Shown here: in pieces, positions 24,361-36,022 of the stretch
Layout: every line of letters begins with the position of its first letter
Position numbering within the stretch: position 1 is the first letter of the stretch
Assembly: GCF_021028975.2 (NCBI RefSeq)
Contig: NC_059430.1
Location: 37,014,001-37,077,857, forward strand
Length of the DNA stretch: 63,857 nucleotides
DNA from: Sphaerodactylus townsendi
Lineage: Eukaryota
Direction of reading: 5' to 3'
Made by a program: the position numbers and the translations under genes
Notes under the pieces: model-generated
Told to the model about the DNA's origin: nothing
Databases searched by the model: none
Seen by the model: only the letters and a program-made list of their open reading frames with translations

Positions 24361-25366
24361 TCTATATATATAAAAAGCTAACAGTGACTTCGTTACTCAT
24401 GTCCTAACGCCGAAACAGCTGGACGAATCACCCCCAAATTTTCACATGACGTCCCTCCCTGTTGCAGGCAGGTAATCGGACCTTCAAATCACCAAAAGTC
24501 CACACCTGAGCCAAGTAAAACGTCTTTTTCCTGGTGCACAAGGCCATGAAGCTGGCTGTGTTTAATTGTCACCCTTAAAATGTTCGTGCAGCATGTCTGT
24601 GGCCTGAGGCTTGGGATGCCCTTAGAATATTCACACAGATGGCCAGAGATGAGCAGTGAAAACAGTAAATAGGTAATACTGTTAGGTAATACGAGTGGAA
24701 GTGAAACACATACACACTTTGCCGTGTCAGACGTCAGGTGGGGTTCCCTCCCCCCACAAGCAGGTAACTTTCACTCTCTGTGCCTCATCCACTGCTACCA
24801 CACAACACACATACTCTCATACACATCCAGCTCATCCTAACATACCTCACCCTGCCCTCCCTCACATCCAACCACCACTTACCCACTTCCTCACCCATAT
24901 TCGCCACAGTTCTCTTTTACTAAAAGCAAGCTGGAGATTGCCTTTTTCTTCTAAGAAAATCAGTGGGTTGGGGGCGAACCAACAATACTGGCTCCGCTTC
25001 TTTTGCACATGGCCCTTTAAGAACCCAGGGTGCTGGCCTCAATCTGAGCGCCTCACCACCCTGCCTCTGCTGCCTGACTGGGATAGCCTCCTTGCCCCAG
25101 TTCTGCCTTACCCAAGCCAGGACTGTGCATGTCAACCAGCCTCATGGATAGCGGGATTTGCACTCTGGACAGTTCCATTGTGGAATGGAAAGGGTTACCT
25201 TATACTAAAAAAACAAGACACCACCATATAACAATGTGAATTGAAAAAGGAAAGAGGGATTCCATTTGACCACCCCAAAAGGCTATGTTGCGGATACATC
25301 TGTGTGAGTTGCGGACTGTGTTGAGAAGGACAATTGCCACAGCAACGCGTGGCTGGGCCCCGCTAG
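24361..25366 (+). mobile_element. Non-autonomous Helitron
   Basis: 5' TCTATATATATAAAA; 3' hairpin GCCACAGC-AAC-GCGTGGC about 10 nt before CTAG followed by T; no TSD or TIR. Confidence 0.8.
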
Positions 25367-28297
25367 TATAATATAAAATATAGTGATAAAAATAAAAAGG
25401 AAAATAAGTATTTAAATCTAGTGAAACAGTATTTAAATTAGTGAAATACACCCAGCACTCAGGAATAACTAGAGAAAAGCGGGAGATGAGGTACAGGGTA
25501 GGGATGGGGGATAATTACCTCCCTCGATGGGGGACGTCCATGGGAGCAGCACTGGAGAGGGAAAATGACCAACGATTCAGATTAACAAAAGCTAACCCAT
25601 GCAAGTGGGGGTGAGTGAGCAGATCCAGGATATACACACATACTCATACACAGGACCAAAGGATCTGTTCTTACAAGGCTGAAGTTGATTCCAAGTTCAG
25701 CTAGGCCCCAGGGTCTGTATGAAAATTTGTCCTGGGGGGGTACCCTACTTTGGAGCAGGTGACACTAGAACTGGACTTTGGTCTAGGAACCACCATATGT
25801 CCCTTTGGAGGGCAAAGTCCCCTGAATGTGGCAGTGTGTTGTGGTCCACCCTTTATTTTGGGATGCAGAGGATATGTAGCAATTCCAGCTCCTTTTTCAA
25901 ATTGTCTTTGCAATATAGGCTTTCTGGTGGCAACCCATAGAAGCTCATGGTGCCACTAGTGTCTGGACCAGGCACCACTGTATGTCTCCTTGCAGGGAAC
26001 TGTTTCTGGATTATGGGATGTGTGATTTGGGGTTGTCCAAATATTGTTTTGGGGTGCAACTGGACCTACAGTGTCAGTATGTGATTTGTCCTTCGGGCAC
26101 CCTACTTCAGAGCAGCTGGCACAAGAACTGGGATTTGGAGGACAGAGTCCTATGAATGTGGGGGTGTATGACGTCTGGTGGTCCAAATTTTATTTTGAGG
26201 TGCAGAGTATTTAAATTGTCTGAATCAAAATCCAGGAATTAGGAAATTCAAATAAAGAACTGGGAACTAGGAATGAACTGGGAACCAACTTCAGCTTCCT
26301 CCTGCACACCTCCCTTCCCCTCATCGCAATTAGTTTTCCCCACTTTTCTCCTCAGCTGCATTTACTAGATTCACTAGATTTAAATAGACAGTCACATTTT
26401 GAAGCAATTCAGTTCAAAAATATCTCTGTTTTCACTTCTACTACTGAGAACTGACTGTTAACCCAAAATGGAAGACGGGGCAATTCCTGGAGCCTGGGGT
26501 GTTTCTTCCTCCTCCCCCATTCCATTTTGCCTTACCTTAAGGGGTCCCTGAGCCTGGCTGGATTTTGCCACGGAGTGGGCTGTGGCAGCTTGCTATTAAT
26601 ACTCCTGGTCTGAAATTGGAGCCACACTGGCCCCCTGCCTCAGCCTCCAGGGACCACCTGCAGTGCTGGTGGAAGGGCAGAAGGGCTGACACTGGGTCCC
26701 TCCCTTGGGGAGGGAGGGAAGGAAGAGGCGTGGGGAGAGGCAGGGCTGGTGGGTTGGCTGGCCTTTTCTCCCCGCTGGCAGCAGTAGCTTTGCTGAGCTG
26801 TCTGGCTTCCTTTTCCCCCTTCTGAGTTCCTCACCTATGAAGCTTGTTGAAGAAGGGGCTTGCCAGCTGATCCATTTCTGGCCTGGGATGCCGCTGGTCA
26901 CAGGAGTCTCCTAGTGCCAGGCAGAAAGGCCTGGGAAGAGAGGGTTGGGGAGCCCCATAGGTGGCCCTGATGGAGGGCATGGTAAACCTGGGAGGTCCTG
27001 GCCTGCCCCCCAAGCCCTTCCCCTCTGGGCAGCAGCGCTGCAGCTCCAGTAGTGAAGAATAAGGAGGGGACGTGCTGTGACTGAATCTGAGTTAGGCTGG
27101 GGAGTAGCAGGGGCAGGGAGGGTGATGGTAGGAAGTTGGGATGGGCAGCTGTAACTGTGGGAGGATGGAGGGGATCAGCAGAGTGCACCCCCACATGACA
27201 CTTTAAAGTTGTGCCTGGGACATCCACCCCTTCTGTCCCTGGCCCAAATACGCCATTGCCTGGAGCAGGCGCCATTACCTGAAGGATCAGAAACTCATAG
27301 CCCACCTCTCTGCCACAAGGAATCACAATCATTACTGTAGCAGTCTCCAATTACATGCATCAATTACTCTTAGTATTATTTTCAGTCACCCCAGTGTCTC
27401 AGTGCTCCATCAGTGATGCAATTGCCTCCACTTCAAAATCACTCTCTGGTCTAACTTACATTACTAGTTCAATAGGAAATTGACACAGTTGATCCAATCA
27501 CCCTGCTTCTTTCTATTTCTGCCTCAAGTTCAACATTACACTGCTAGTTCAATAAGACAAAGATAATTTTGTTGTCACAAAGGCTTTTTAAAATGGAGGT
27601 GAAGGGTGAGAAGAAAATGGCTGAATTAGAGGTTGAGGAATTACATGGGCATGGATAAGGGCCAGGTGTTTGATGGGGTGGGGAAATAAAGACCATTTCA
27701 ACATGATCACACATGCGAGGGAAGCCAGCTTGGAAACGGATAAAAAAAATCATCATGGCTCAGGAAAACAACAGAGGCAAAATAAGGGGAAACATTTCCA
27801 GAACAAAATGGAAGAAAAACGTGCGGAATTCAAAGAAAACAGTAGCATTTGGCAGCAAGTAAACAACTTGTGTGGAAAAGGCCTATCTATATTCAAGCCA
27901 GTTTTTAGAGACCAGCCTTTAATTATTCACCAGCCCAATTATTCTGTCCTATATAAATGCAAACTCCTGGCTGGGCTGAGAGTGGCTTAAAGGAGCAGGG
28001 TTTCAAAATGTGTGATTGGCTTGACTTGTCACATGAAGTTGGACAAAACCAAATATATTTCTTATATAGTTCTGAGAAGCGGGGAAGCATTCAATGTTGT
28101 TTCTTAAGACAACCCCCCTGTTATGCCAGGTGCTTACCATTACTCTTCAGAAGTATGGAAACTTTCTTAAGACTGAAAATCCTCTTTGGTATCATTAGAA
28201 ATGTCAGACGTGGAAAACTTTCACACTTGAAGGAAACCTTTCCGTTCTGACACGTTCTTCTAAATCACTCTGGAGTCTGGCATATCTGCTGTGCACT

Positions 28298-28831
28298 TGT
28301 AACCCCTGTGTCAGAATGGGATGACCCAGAAAGGGGTGGAGTCTGAAAAGAAGCAGAATGCTGCAGAACTCATGAGGTTGGAGGAAGCAAGGCTACCAGG
28401 CTGGGACCTTGATTGATTTTATTAAGCCCTTAACACCTTGTTTAAGGTAACTGCAATGTTGTGGGGAACTAGTGGGAAGGGAGTTTATTTTTTTTTGGCT
28501 ATATTTTAAATGTTAGAATTTATTGTTTCAGGGTTTTTGTGTATGTAAATGGTGAGAGTTTTCTGGGAACCTTCATCATCTTGAATCCCGTTCACCAAGC
28601 CTTTGAAGTCTTCAAAACCAACCACCAGCAAAGAAGAATTGGACTTGGCAATATCAGTAGACTGTAAATATAAGGACTTGAAATGCAAACCTGAACAGGA
28701 CCTTGAATTGTAAATGTTAAATGTTGATGTTTAATGTTATTTGTAAAGAGAAGTAAACTGTTTTGTTTAAATTTGGTTCTTTGCAACTCCTTCCAAGTAC
28801 TGCCCCACAGAACCCACAAGCTGAGGTTACA
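28298..28831 (+). mobile_element. Solo LTR (Gypsy-like by its 4-bp TSD)
   Basis: TGTAACC...GGTTACA inverted termini, TSD CACT on both sides, AGTAAA near the 3' end. Confidence 0.7.
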
Positions 28832-30271
28832 CACTTCTGAGGCATATTCTGGGAAGCATACTCAGTTCATAGTGGACACTACACTAGCCAGTTATGGTGG
28901 GCTTCATTGTCACTATGTGCACACCAAGGTGGCCAGTAAATATCCAAGACTGCAGCTTGCTTTGTGGGATTCAAAACCTTGAAAGATCAATGTTCCTGAT
29001 CACACAGGAGAAACTGTATGAAGATTCGATGCATACGTTTCAAAGCGAACGGATCTTGCTTCTGCAATCTCACTGGTGCCCTATGGATGTTCATTCTGTC
29101 CCCTTAGAATTCCTGGATAAGGCCTCTGATTGTTGGGAAAACAGGGTATTGGCAGGTTTAGAATATTGAGCTACTTAGATAAAAAAACCCTCCCCACCAT
29201 TTGGCAGGATGATAATAGTTTGGTAGTCTGCAGGAGCTCTTTCAGGGAAATTTGTCTATCATTACTGATCTCCTGATTGACGAACCTCTGAAAACGTTCA
29301 GTGAAACCCTAGGATTTCTTGGAACACAGATTTATAATCACTGGTGGAAAACATGCTTAATGAAAAATGTCGCTGTTTCAGCTGTAGGTGCATTTTGGTT
29401 CAATAGGATGCAGTGCATGTTTGACTCATGAGGTTTGGCTGAGGGAGATTTTAATTGGAAATTATCAATGCTAGGCTTGCTTAGAATGATTTAGCAGCAG
29501 GGTAGGCAGATTTTACCTTGATGTCCTTGTTTAGTTTTAAAGAGTATCTAGCAGAGCAAAGTCATAAACAACTGGTGAGGTTTAGATATTGCTAAATTAG
29601 CAAATGATATTATTATCCATTCTCAGTTGCGAGGATTTGTGTCTGGTGGGAAATGGGTAGGAAGAACAGAAATCCCCTTGCAAGCCCCCTGTAAGATCTA
29701 TAAATGTCATTTCAGGGGAAAATATTGTACAGTTGGATCCAGTAAAAAAACTGATGTTAAGCAAGTGGCTATTTCACACACCCCCCCCCCCCCAATTTCC
29801 CAAACTGGAGCTGGCAATCCTACAGGATGTTTCTGGGGTCTCCTCTGCTCTAGGAACAGCATTTCAGGTACACTGTGAGTTGCAGATGGAGAAGGGAGGG
29901 ACAGCAGTTCCATCACATAGCAGAGATAAAAGCCACATATGGGATATGTGTTTAGGGCAGGGAGGGCTTCACAGAGAAAATATTCTTGAGCTCTGCCGTT
30001 TCTACATGTTACATATTGGGGTGGGGGATGAGGTGGATGAATATTGTCAGGGCCAAGTTTTTTCATGCCCTTGGCAAAGCTTTCAGTTGCTAACCAGTTT
30101 TCAAAAAAGAGATGTGTTGTAAAAATGAAAAACACAAAACCTGAAATTGCTAGTTTTTAAAATTGTGAGAATAAGTAATTCCACTATTTTTGGTTTCTTT
30201 CTCAAATACGAAACAGTTGTACCGCATACCTCACAAATTTAAGTCTCTTAAATGTTTCAATTTCCTGCACA

Positions 30272-30700
30272 TCAAAATCTCATTTTGCGTGCCTTTTCCT
30301 TTGCAAATTTTGTCACCAGTTCCTTCAGGTCAAGTGCTGATGCTTGCATGTGTTTCACTGATATAGTTGCCAAACCAACTAGTCTCTTTTGCAGCATTGT
30401 TAAGTGCATGCACATTTTTATAAGTCTGAGCTTTGAGAAACTGTACTTACCACCGCCACTGGAAATGTGAGAAGGATCCTTAGGGAACAGAAACATTTTT
30501 CCAAATTCTTGCAGGCTTTAAGTACATCTTCAGTAGATTTTTTACTGATACTGTATCTATCATACAGGAAACCAAATAGGAAATTATATTGGTGTATCTG
30601 TTGGAATGATTCTTCAACAGATTGTATGGCCATATTGAAGACCTCATTGTAGAAACTTCATATGTTATACCCAACAGGTTGCACAAGTGGAAATGCAAGA
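30272..30700 (-). mobile_element. Decayed hAT (Tip100/ZMYM1-like) transposase C-terminus
   Basis: LRILLTFPVAV..SFSKLRLIK...LTMLQKRLVGLATISV...KFAKEKARK hATC dimerisation motif, frameshifted. Confidence 0.8.
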
Positions 30701-31002
30701 AAATGACTGCAGTAGCTGCTTGTGCTTAAGTCAATCTTCTTGCGTCCCCATTGGCATTTCCATTTGTGCATGATCTTATGCAACCAATTTATGGCCACCA
30801 AAATATATACAGATAGAAGGACTAGCTGTTGCACAAGCTTTTGCAAAAGCAGTACTCTGCTAAGGCCATTTATGTTTCCATTTGTACATTACTGTATCCA
30901 AGCCAATATACAGTTCAAGCCATTAGAAATGCAAATGAGATTGCTTTCCTGTGGGAGCGGTGGTGTTAGGAAGAACAAAGTTGGTGTGGGATTCTCTTAG
31001 AG

Positions 31003-31150
31003 CAGGGGTAGGGAACCTGCGGCTCTCCAGATGTTCAGGAACTACAATTCCCATCAGCCTCTGTCGGCATGGCCAATTGGCCATGCTGGCAGGGGCTGAT
31101 GGGAATTGTATTTCCTGAACATCTGGAGAGCCGCAGGTTCCCTACCCCTG
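31003..31150. mobile_element. Palindromic hAT MITE
   Basis: TIR CAGGGGTAGGGAACC; perfect TSD TCTTAGAG. Confidence 0.92.
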
Positions 31151-31462
31151 TCTTAGAGGCAGCTTTATCATGAGGCAAGATGCATTAGCCACTTTAGGCA
31201 GTGGGTTTTAAAAGTCATTGTGTTCAGCAAATGTTCTGGTTTTAAACTCTGGCTTTAAGGGCTGGAGGAATATTCAGAAAAATACTTCACTGTTGGGGGT
31301 GGCACCATAAATCTGCTTGATTATGTTACTGAATGCAATATTTCAGGATTTTTTAAAAATAAATCAGATATATATCCACCCATCTGTCCATCATGGCTTA
31401 AGGATTGAGAGCTGTGTTTACAGGGAAGCTGTTGCTGACTTGAAGCTCCAGTGTGGAACATA

Positions 31463-31603
31463 GGCCCCTTCCGCACACGCAAAATAATGTGTTTTCAAAC
31501 CACTTTCACAACTGTTTGCAAGTGGATTTTGCTATTCCGCACAGTTTCAAAGAGCACTGAAAGCAGTTTGAAAGTGCATTATTCTGCATGTGCGGAATGA
31601 GCC
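31463..31603. mobile_element. PIF/Harbinger-like MITE (141 bp)
   Basis: Same family as 14471-14611; TSD ATA. Confidence 0.85.
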
Positions 31604-33185
31604 ATAGAAACATGTATGAGCTGCTTTTTTCAGCCCTTAAGTTGCAGGTATGAAGGAAATACATGGAAACGTGTATACAGGCAGGTGTAGAAAGAGATGT
31701 TAACAGCCCACAGACTTGAGCTTGCAAAGATTTAGAAGGGTAGCCATCTTGTCTTACTAGAAGCTGGTGTGGTGGCATCAACCAGCTATCAGAGTGGGTG
31801 AAACCAGGTGGGTTTCCATATAGTAAGACTTCCACGTGGAACCAGCCTATGTGGCAGCTTTTGTTTACCTGGAGAGTTTGCATTTTCCAGGCTTTTCTTT
31901 CTCTGGTTGTGCTGCATTCTTTTTATCCTTGTTGGAAGACTACTGAAAACTGTATTGAGAAGGAAGCTCCAGCTTTTACACACCCAGCAATTTGCAGATT
32001 CAGGGGTAAGGTTCCCAGGCTAAGCTTAACTTCTGGCTCCAGCACACAGCAGTCAGTGCTCTCAATAAAAAAAAATTAAAAAATAAACACACAACGTTAA
32101 ATCATTGAATAACTGAAGCCCTGAGTGCACAACTACGAGATTGACCTAAATTCTCTTGGAAACTTTCCACATTCTCCAATGCAGCTGATTAGAAATTCAG
32201 CTATAGCCTCAGACACGTTTGAAAAATGGAAGATTGTAAGATGGAAGATGAATTAAATATAATGCTGAATTAAATATAATGTTGAATAATGGATCCATGA
32301 TACCACCTTCCATTCAGAAATATGATTTTCTATTATGATCTCCCAAATTAAAAATGTTACTGTGCAGTAGATATTTTATGGGAAATGCATACCAGCATGG
32401 TACACAATGTCAACAGATGATAGCTTTGTCAGCAGGAAGGAGTAAGCTGGATGGGTTGGAAAATGTGGATAGAACTCGGATATGCAAAGCAAGGGTTCTG
32501 GGGTGTTGCCTATGTTTTTGTACTGCTACAGGGTGTTGGCCCCCTTGAGCATGTGCTTAGAAAGGCAGCTTGAATTCCTCCCCCCAGTAAATAAACTAAT
32601 AAATATTTTGTGAACTGGGGACATCGTTTTAGAACCTACCACTGTTTATGCTCCTACTCTCTCTTTCTCTCGCTCTGTCTGCCATGTAAAACATTGTATG
32701 CAGAAATACCAAACTGTGTTTTATTAGTCTGGAAAGAAGAGTGGTAGACCACTATCCAACCCTTCCTGCTTCATTATCCAAACACTTTTTTTCTCCTTCC
32801 CCCCCTGCTTTTTTGCAATGAATTTGGAATGTTACATCAGTGTCCTCTATCATTTTGAAAGTGAAACAATCTCATCCATTTTGTCCGCTCTGTTCTTTTA
32901 GCAGCAGCTGAGCCTGGTTATTCCCCAGTCTTTTCTGAGGTCCCTCCCCCATCCCCTGCTCAGATCCTATTTATCAGTGGCAGCGGAGGTGTTTTGATGC
33001 ATGACTGCACCAGATCAATCTCTTACTCCAGTGACCACAGCACTGAAGCATTCTATCAAAACGGCACTATCCTTAAGTAAGTGCTCAGGAAATCCACATG
33101 CAATGTTTCTTCCCTGTAACAGCCTGGAGGTACATCTTGTGTGTGTGAAGTGCTGTCAAGTCGCAGCAAAGGGACTTTCAATGCA

Positions 33186-33308
33186 AGTGAGACGCAGAGG
33201 TGGTTCGCCCTCCTCTGCAGAATCTTCTATGGTGGTCTCCCTTCAAGTACTAATCCTGCTCAGTTTCTGAGATCTGACAAGATCAGACTATACCACACCA
33301 CCTTCCCT
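33186..33308 (-). mobile_element. 5S rRNA-derived SINE fragment
   Basis: Minus strand CTGATCTTGTCAGATCTCAGAAACTGAGCAGG..TTAGTACTTGAAGGGAGACC resembles the 5S internal promoter region, followed by a non-5S body. Confidence 0.7.
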
Positions 33309-33510
33309 TCCTGAAATATAGCTTACCACAGCACAGCCCAACAGTAGGGTTAAAAAAAATCAAAAACAAAAAGACAAAATCTTGCCTGAATTATTGCTTC
33401 CTTGCCTTGCCTTATCTGCAACACTTCCCCCATCAGCCTGGTGGATCCGAATTTAGGCTCTCCAAACTGGCAAAATAAACCCCCGTTGAGCAATGAGGAA
33501 TAAACACATT

Positions 33511-33774
33511 GGGCCTTTCCCCACTAACCTTAAGCCCTGCGCTACTCTCCTCAAGTAGTGTGGGGTCCTGGGGCACTCCCCACTGCAGGGGCGGTGACAA
33601 CGCAGCCGCCCCGATGCTGCCCCTGTTGCGCCCCCTCAGCGTGCGTCATTCCTGGCGCTGGAGAAAACGGCGCAGAGCGCAGGGTCGTGGGGAACCCAGG
33701 GCGCACGCCAGAAATGACGCACGCAGTGAGTAGTGCGCAGCGACGGCGGTAGAGGGAAAAGTGGGGAAAGGCCC
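33511..33774. mobile_element. CpG-rich PIF/Harbinger-like MITE (264 bp)
   Basis: 15-bp perfect TIR GGGCCTTTCCCCACT; TSD ATT; internal inverted repeat GCGTGCGTCATT...AATGACGCACGC. Confidence 0.85.
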
Positions 33775-33959
33775 ATTGTTAACACACTGTGGTTACCTTA
33801 CAGACATCACTAGTTCTCAAATGAAGAGAACACAGGGCTGGTTCATATATGTCACCTGATGGGATATGGGATATGTGAACTGAATCTGTTGAAGATCCCT
33901 GATGGAACATCCCCTCTGCTGCAGTTCATTTTTGGGCAAAATGTATATCTTCACGTGGG

Positions 33960-34457
33960 CTATTATTTATTTATTTATTTATTTATTTATATTTTAGGCT
34001 TTTATACCGCCCCATTCCCGAAGGGCTCCGGGCGGTGTACAGCATACAATAAAATACAACCATAAAAACATCATAAATCAATTAAAATCTATAAAAGCAG
34101 CGAAGAACTAACTGTAACCCTGATAATTATAGCTATAAGTGGCGCCCAGCTACCCGTTATTAAATCCCGCCCCAAAGGGAGGATCGGTGGGCCCCCTCCG
34201 ATGGTATCAGGCCAAGATGTAAAAACCCAGAGGGCCGAAAAAGGGAGGGGGCCGAAGAAGGGGGGGGCACCATCAGCGGCCGGTCCTTCCAAAGGCCCGG
34301 CGGAACAGCTCTGTCTTACAGGCCCTGCAGAACTCACCAAGATCCCGCAGGGCCCGGACAGCTGGCGGGAGAGCGTTCCACCAGGCCAGGGCCAGAGCCA
34401 TAAAGGCCCTGGCCCGTGTGGAGGCCAGCCGCATCATCGAGGGGCCAGGGACCACCA
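33960..34457 (-). mobile_element. L2-clade LINE 3' fragment (young, CpG retained)
   Basis: RLASTRARAFMALALAWWNALP...FCRACKTELFRRAF; (TAAA)n tail. Confidence 0.85.
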
Positions 34458-35716
34458 GTATGCAACATGCAACATGCAACAACCCTACATTTTTCCAATG
34501 GTAAGGGACCCCTCAGAGCAGAACACATTTCACATGATCAAGGCTCAGAATCACCCCATTCAGAATGGATGAGGAGTCCTGCGGCTGCAACAGCTGTGAA
34601 AATGGGGGGCTGCTGTACAATTGCCCCAGCCAGCTAGAAGTCTGTATACATGGAAACTAACTTCCCATGTGCATATCACTAAGTGGATGAGGAACCAAAT
34701 ACATGAATGAGTGTTGTGTACATAATACCTTCACAAATCCAACTGTCAGGGTCACACCTGCACCACCCAATTAAGCCATGGATAGCAGCACTTATCTACT
34801 TTTGTGGAGAGGAAAGTCTAGATTCATTTGCCCCACTTTTTGCTATGCCAGACACCTATGTGGCATGACCGCCAGTTGTTTAACAGGTTTATCTCTGCAC
34901 ACATTGGTGCCAGTAATGGAAGAAATGCACCCTTCCCATCACCGAACATGTAATTGTATGGAAGCTGTGGATTGGATCCCAACTGCCTTTAAGTTTAGAG
35001 ATGTAAATTAGGACAGAAATGAGTTTAGTGAATGAAGTCTCAAGGAAATTCTCTCACTTTGAATTTTCTTATAAGGATTTGCTGCCTTAATTCAATTTGA
35101 TGTTTACATCCACATGTATGGGTATTCTTAGTTTTATTGTTTGTTTGCATCTGTATGTTCCTCCTGTTGTTGATGCGGCATTGACGGTGATACCAGACAC
35201 ACAGTGGTTTTTCCCATCTTGTCCTGGCCCCAGCTGCCCACAGTGTCATCCCCATTGTGCAAACAGAGGGCTTTTCAAGAACCTGTCATTGGCACATCAA
35301 TATGATTGATGTTAAGTTTCAATCAGTTGTCAGTTACCAATTTTAAATTATAGTGATAGGTCAATTACCCATGGTAATTTAAACTACAGTGACACATCAA
35401 TATCCAAGCTTTCTCTTGGCCAGCTTTTGCAGGGTGGGGGGAACTGACATATGACTATAACTTTGCACTGGTCATTGACATACAACTATAGCTCGTAAAA
35501 AATAGAAAGTTCTGATATGCAAAGTCCATGCACAGTTGGATAACCCTACTTATCTTTCCTTTCAGGTAGCAGGACGAGGAGACATCCATTCTCCACCCAA
35601 AAATTCACAATTAATTGTGATTGATGTTTCTGGTCTTAGAGCAAACACTGGTGTAATTCAGCAAAAGGTAGCTCTTTTCGGTATTTTTATGCACAATAAT
35701 AAAGGTAAAGGAAGCT

Positions 35717-36022
35717 GGAGCTGCAGTGGAGTAGTGGCTAAGAGCAGTGGCTAAGAGCAGGTGCATTCTGATCTGGAGGGACCGGGTTTGATTCCCAGCT
35801 CTGCCGCTTGAGTTGTGGAGGCTTGTCTGGGGAATTCAGATTAGGCTGTACACATGCCAGCTGGGTGACCTTGGGCTAGTCACAGCTTTTCGGAGCTCTC
35901 TCAGCCCCACCCACCTCACAGGGTGTTTGTTGTGAGGGGGGGAAGGGAAAGGAGATTGTAAGCCCCTTTGAGTCTCCTACAGGAGAGAAAGGGAGGATAT
36001 AAATCCAAACTCTTCTTCTTCT
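35717..36022 (+). mobile_element. Squam3-type SINE, full length
   Basis: tRNA-like head, GGGTGACCTTGGGCTAGTCACAG core, TATAAATCCAAAC(TCT)n tail. Confidence 0.85.

Noticed and set aside
24695-25231. 178-aa ORF inside the Helitron
   Set aside because: Low complexity, with no Rep (HUH/Y2) or helicase motifs
33186-33308. 5S rRNA gene
   Set aside because: Only a diverged partial 5S head joined to a SINE body
35717-35810. tRNA gene
   Set aside because: tRNA-derived SINE head; no intact cloverleaf seen
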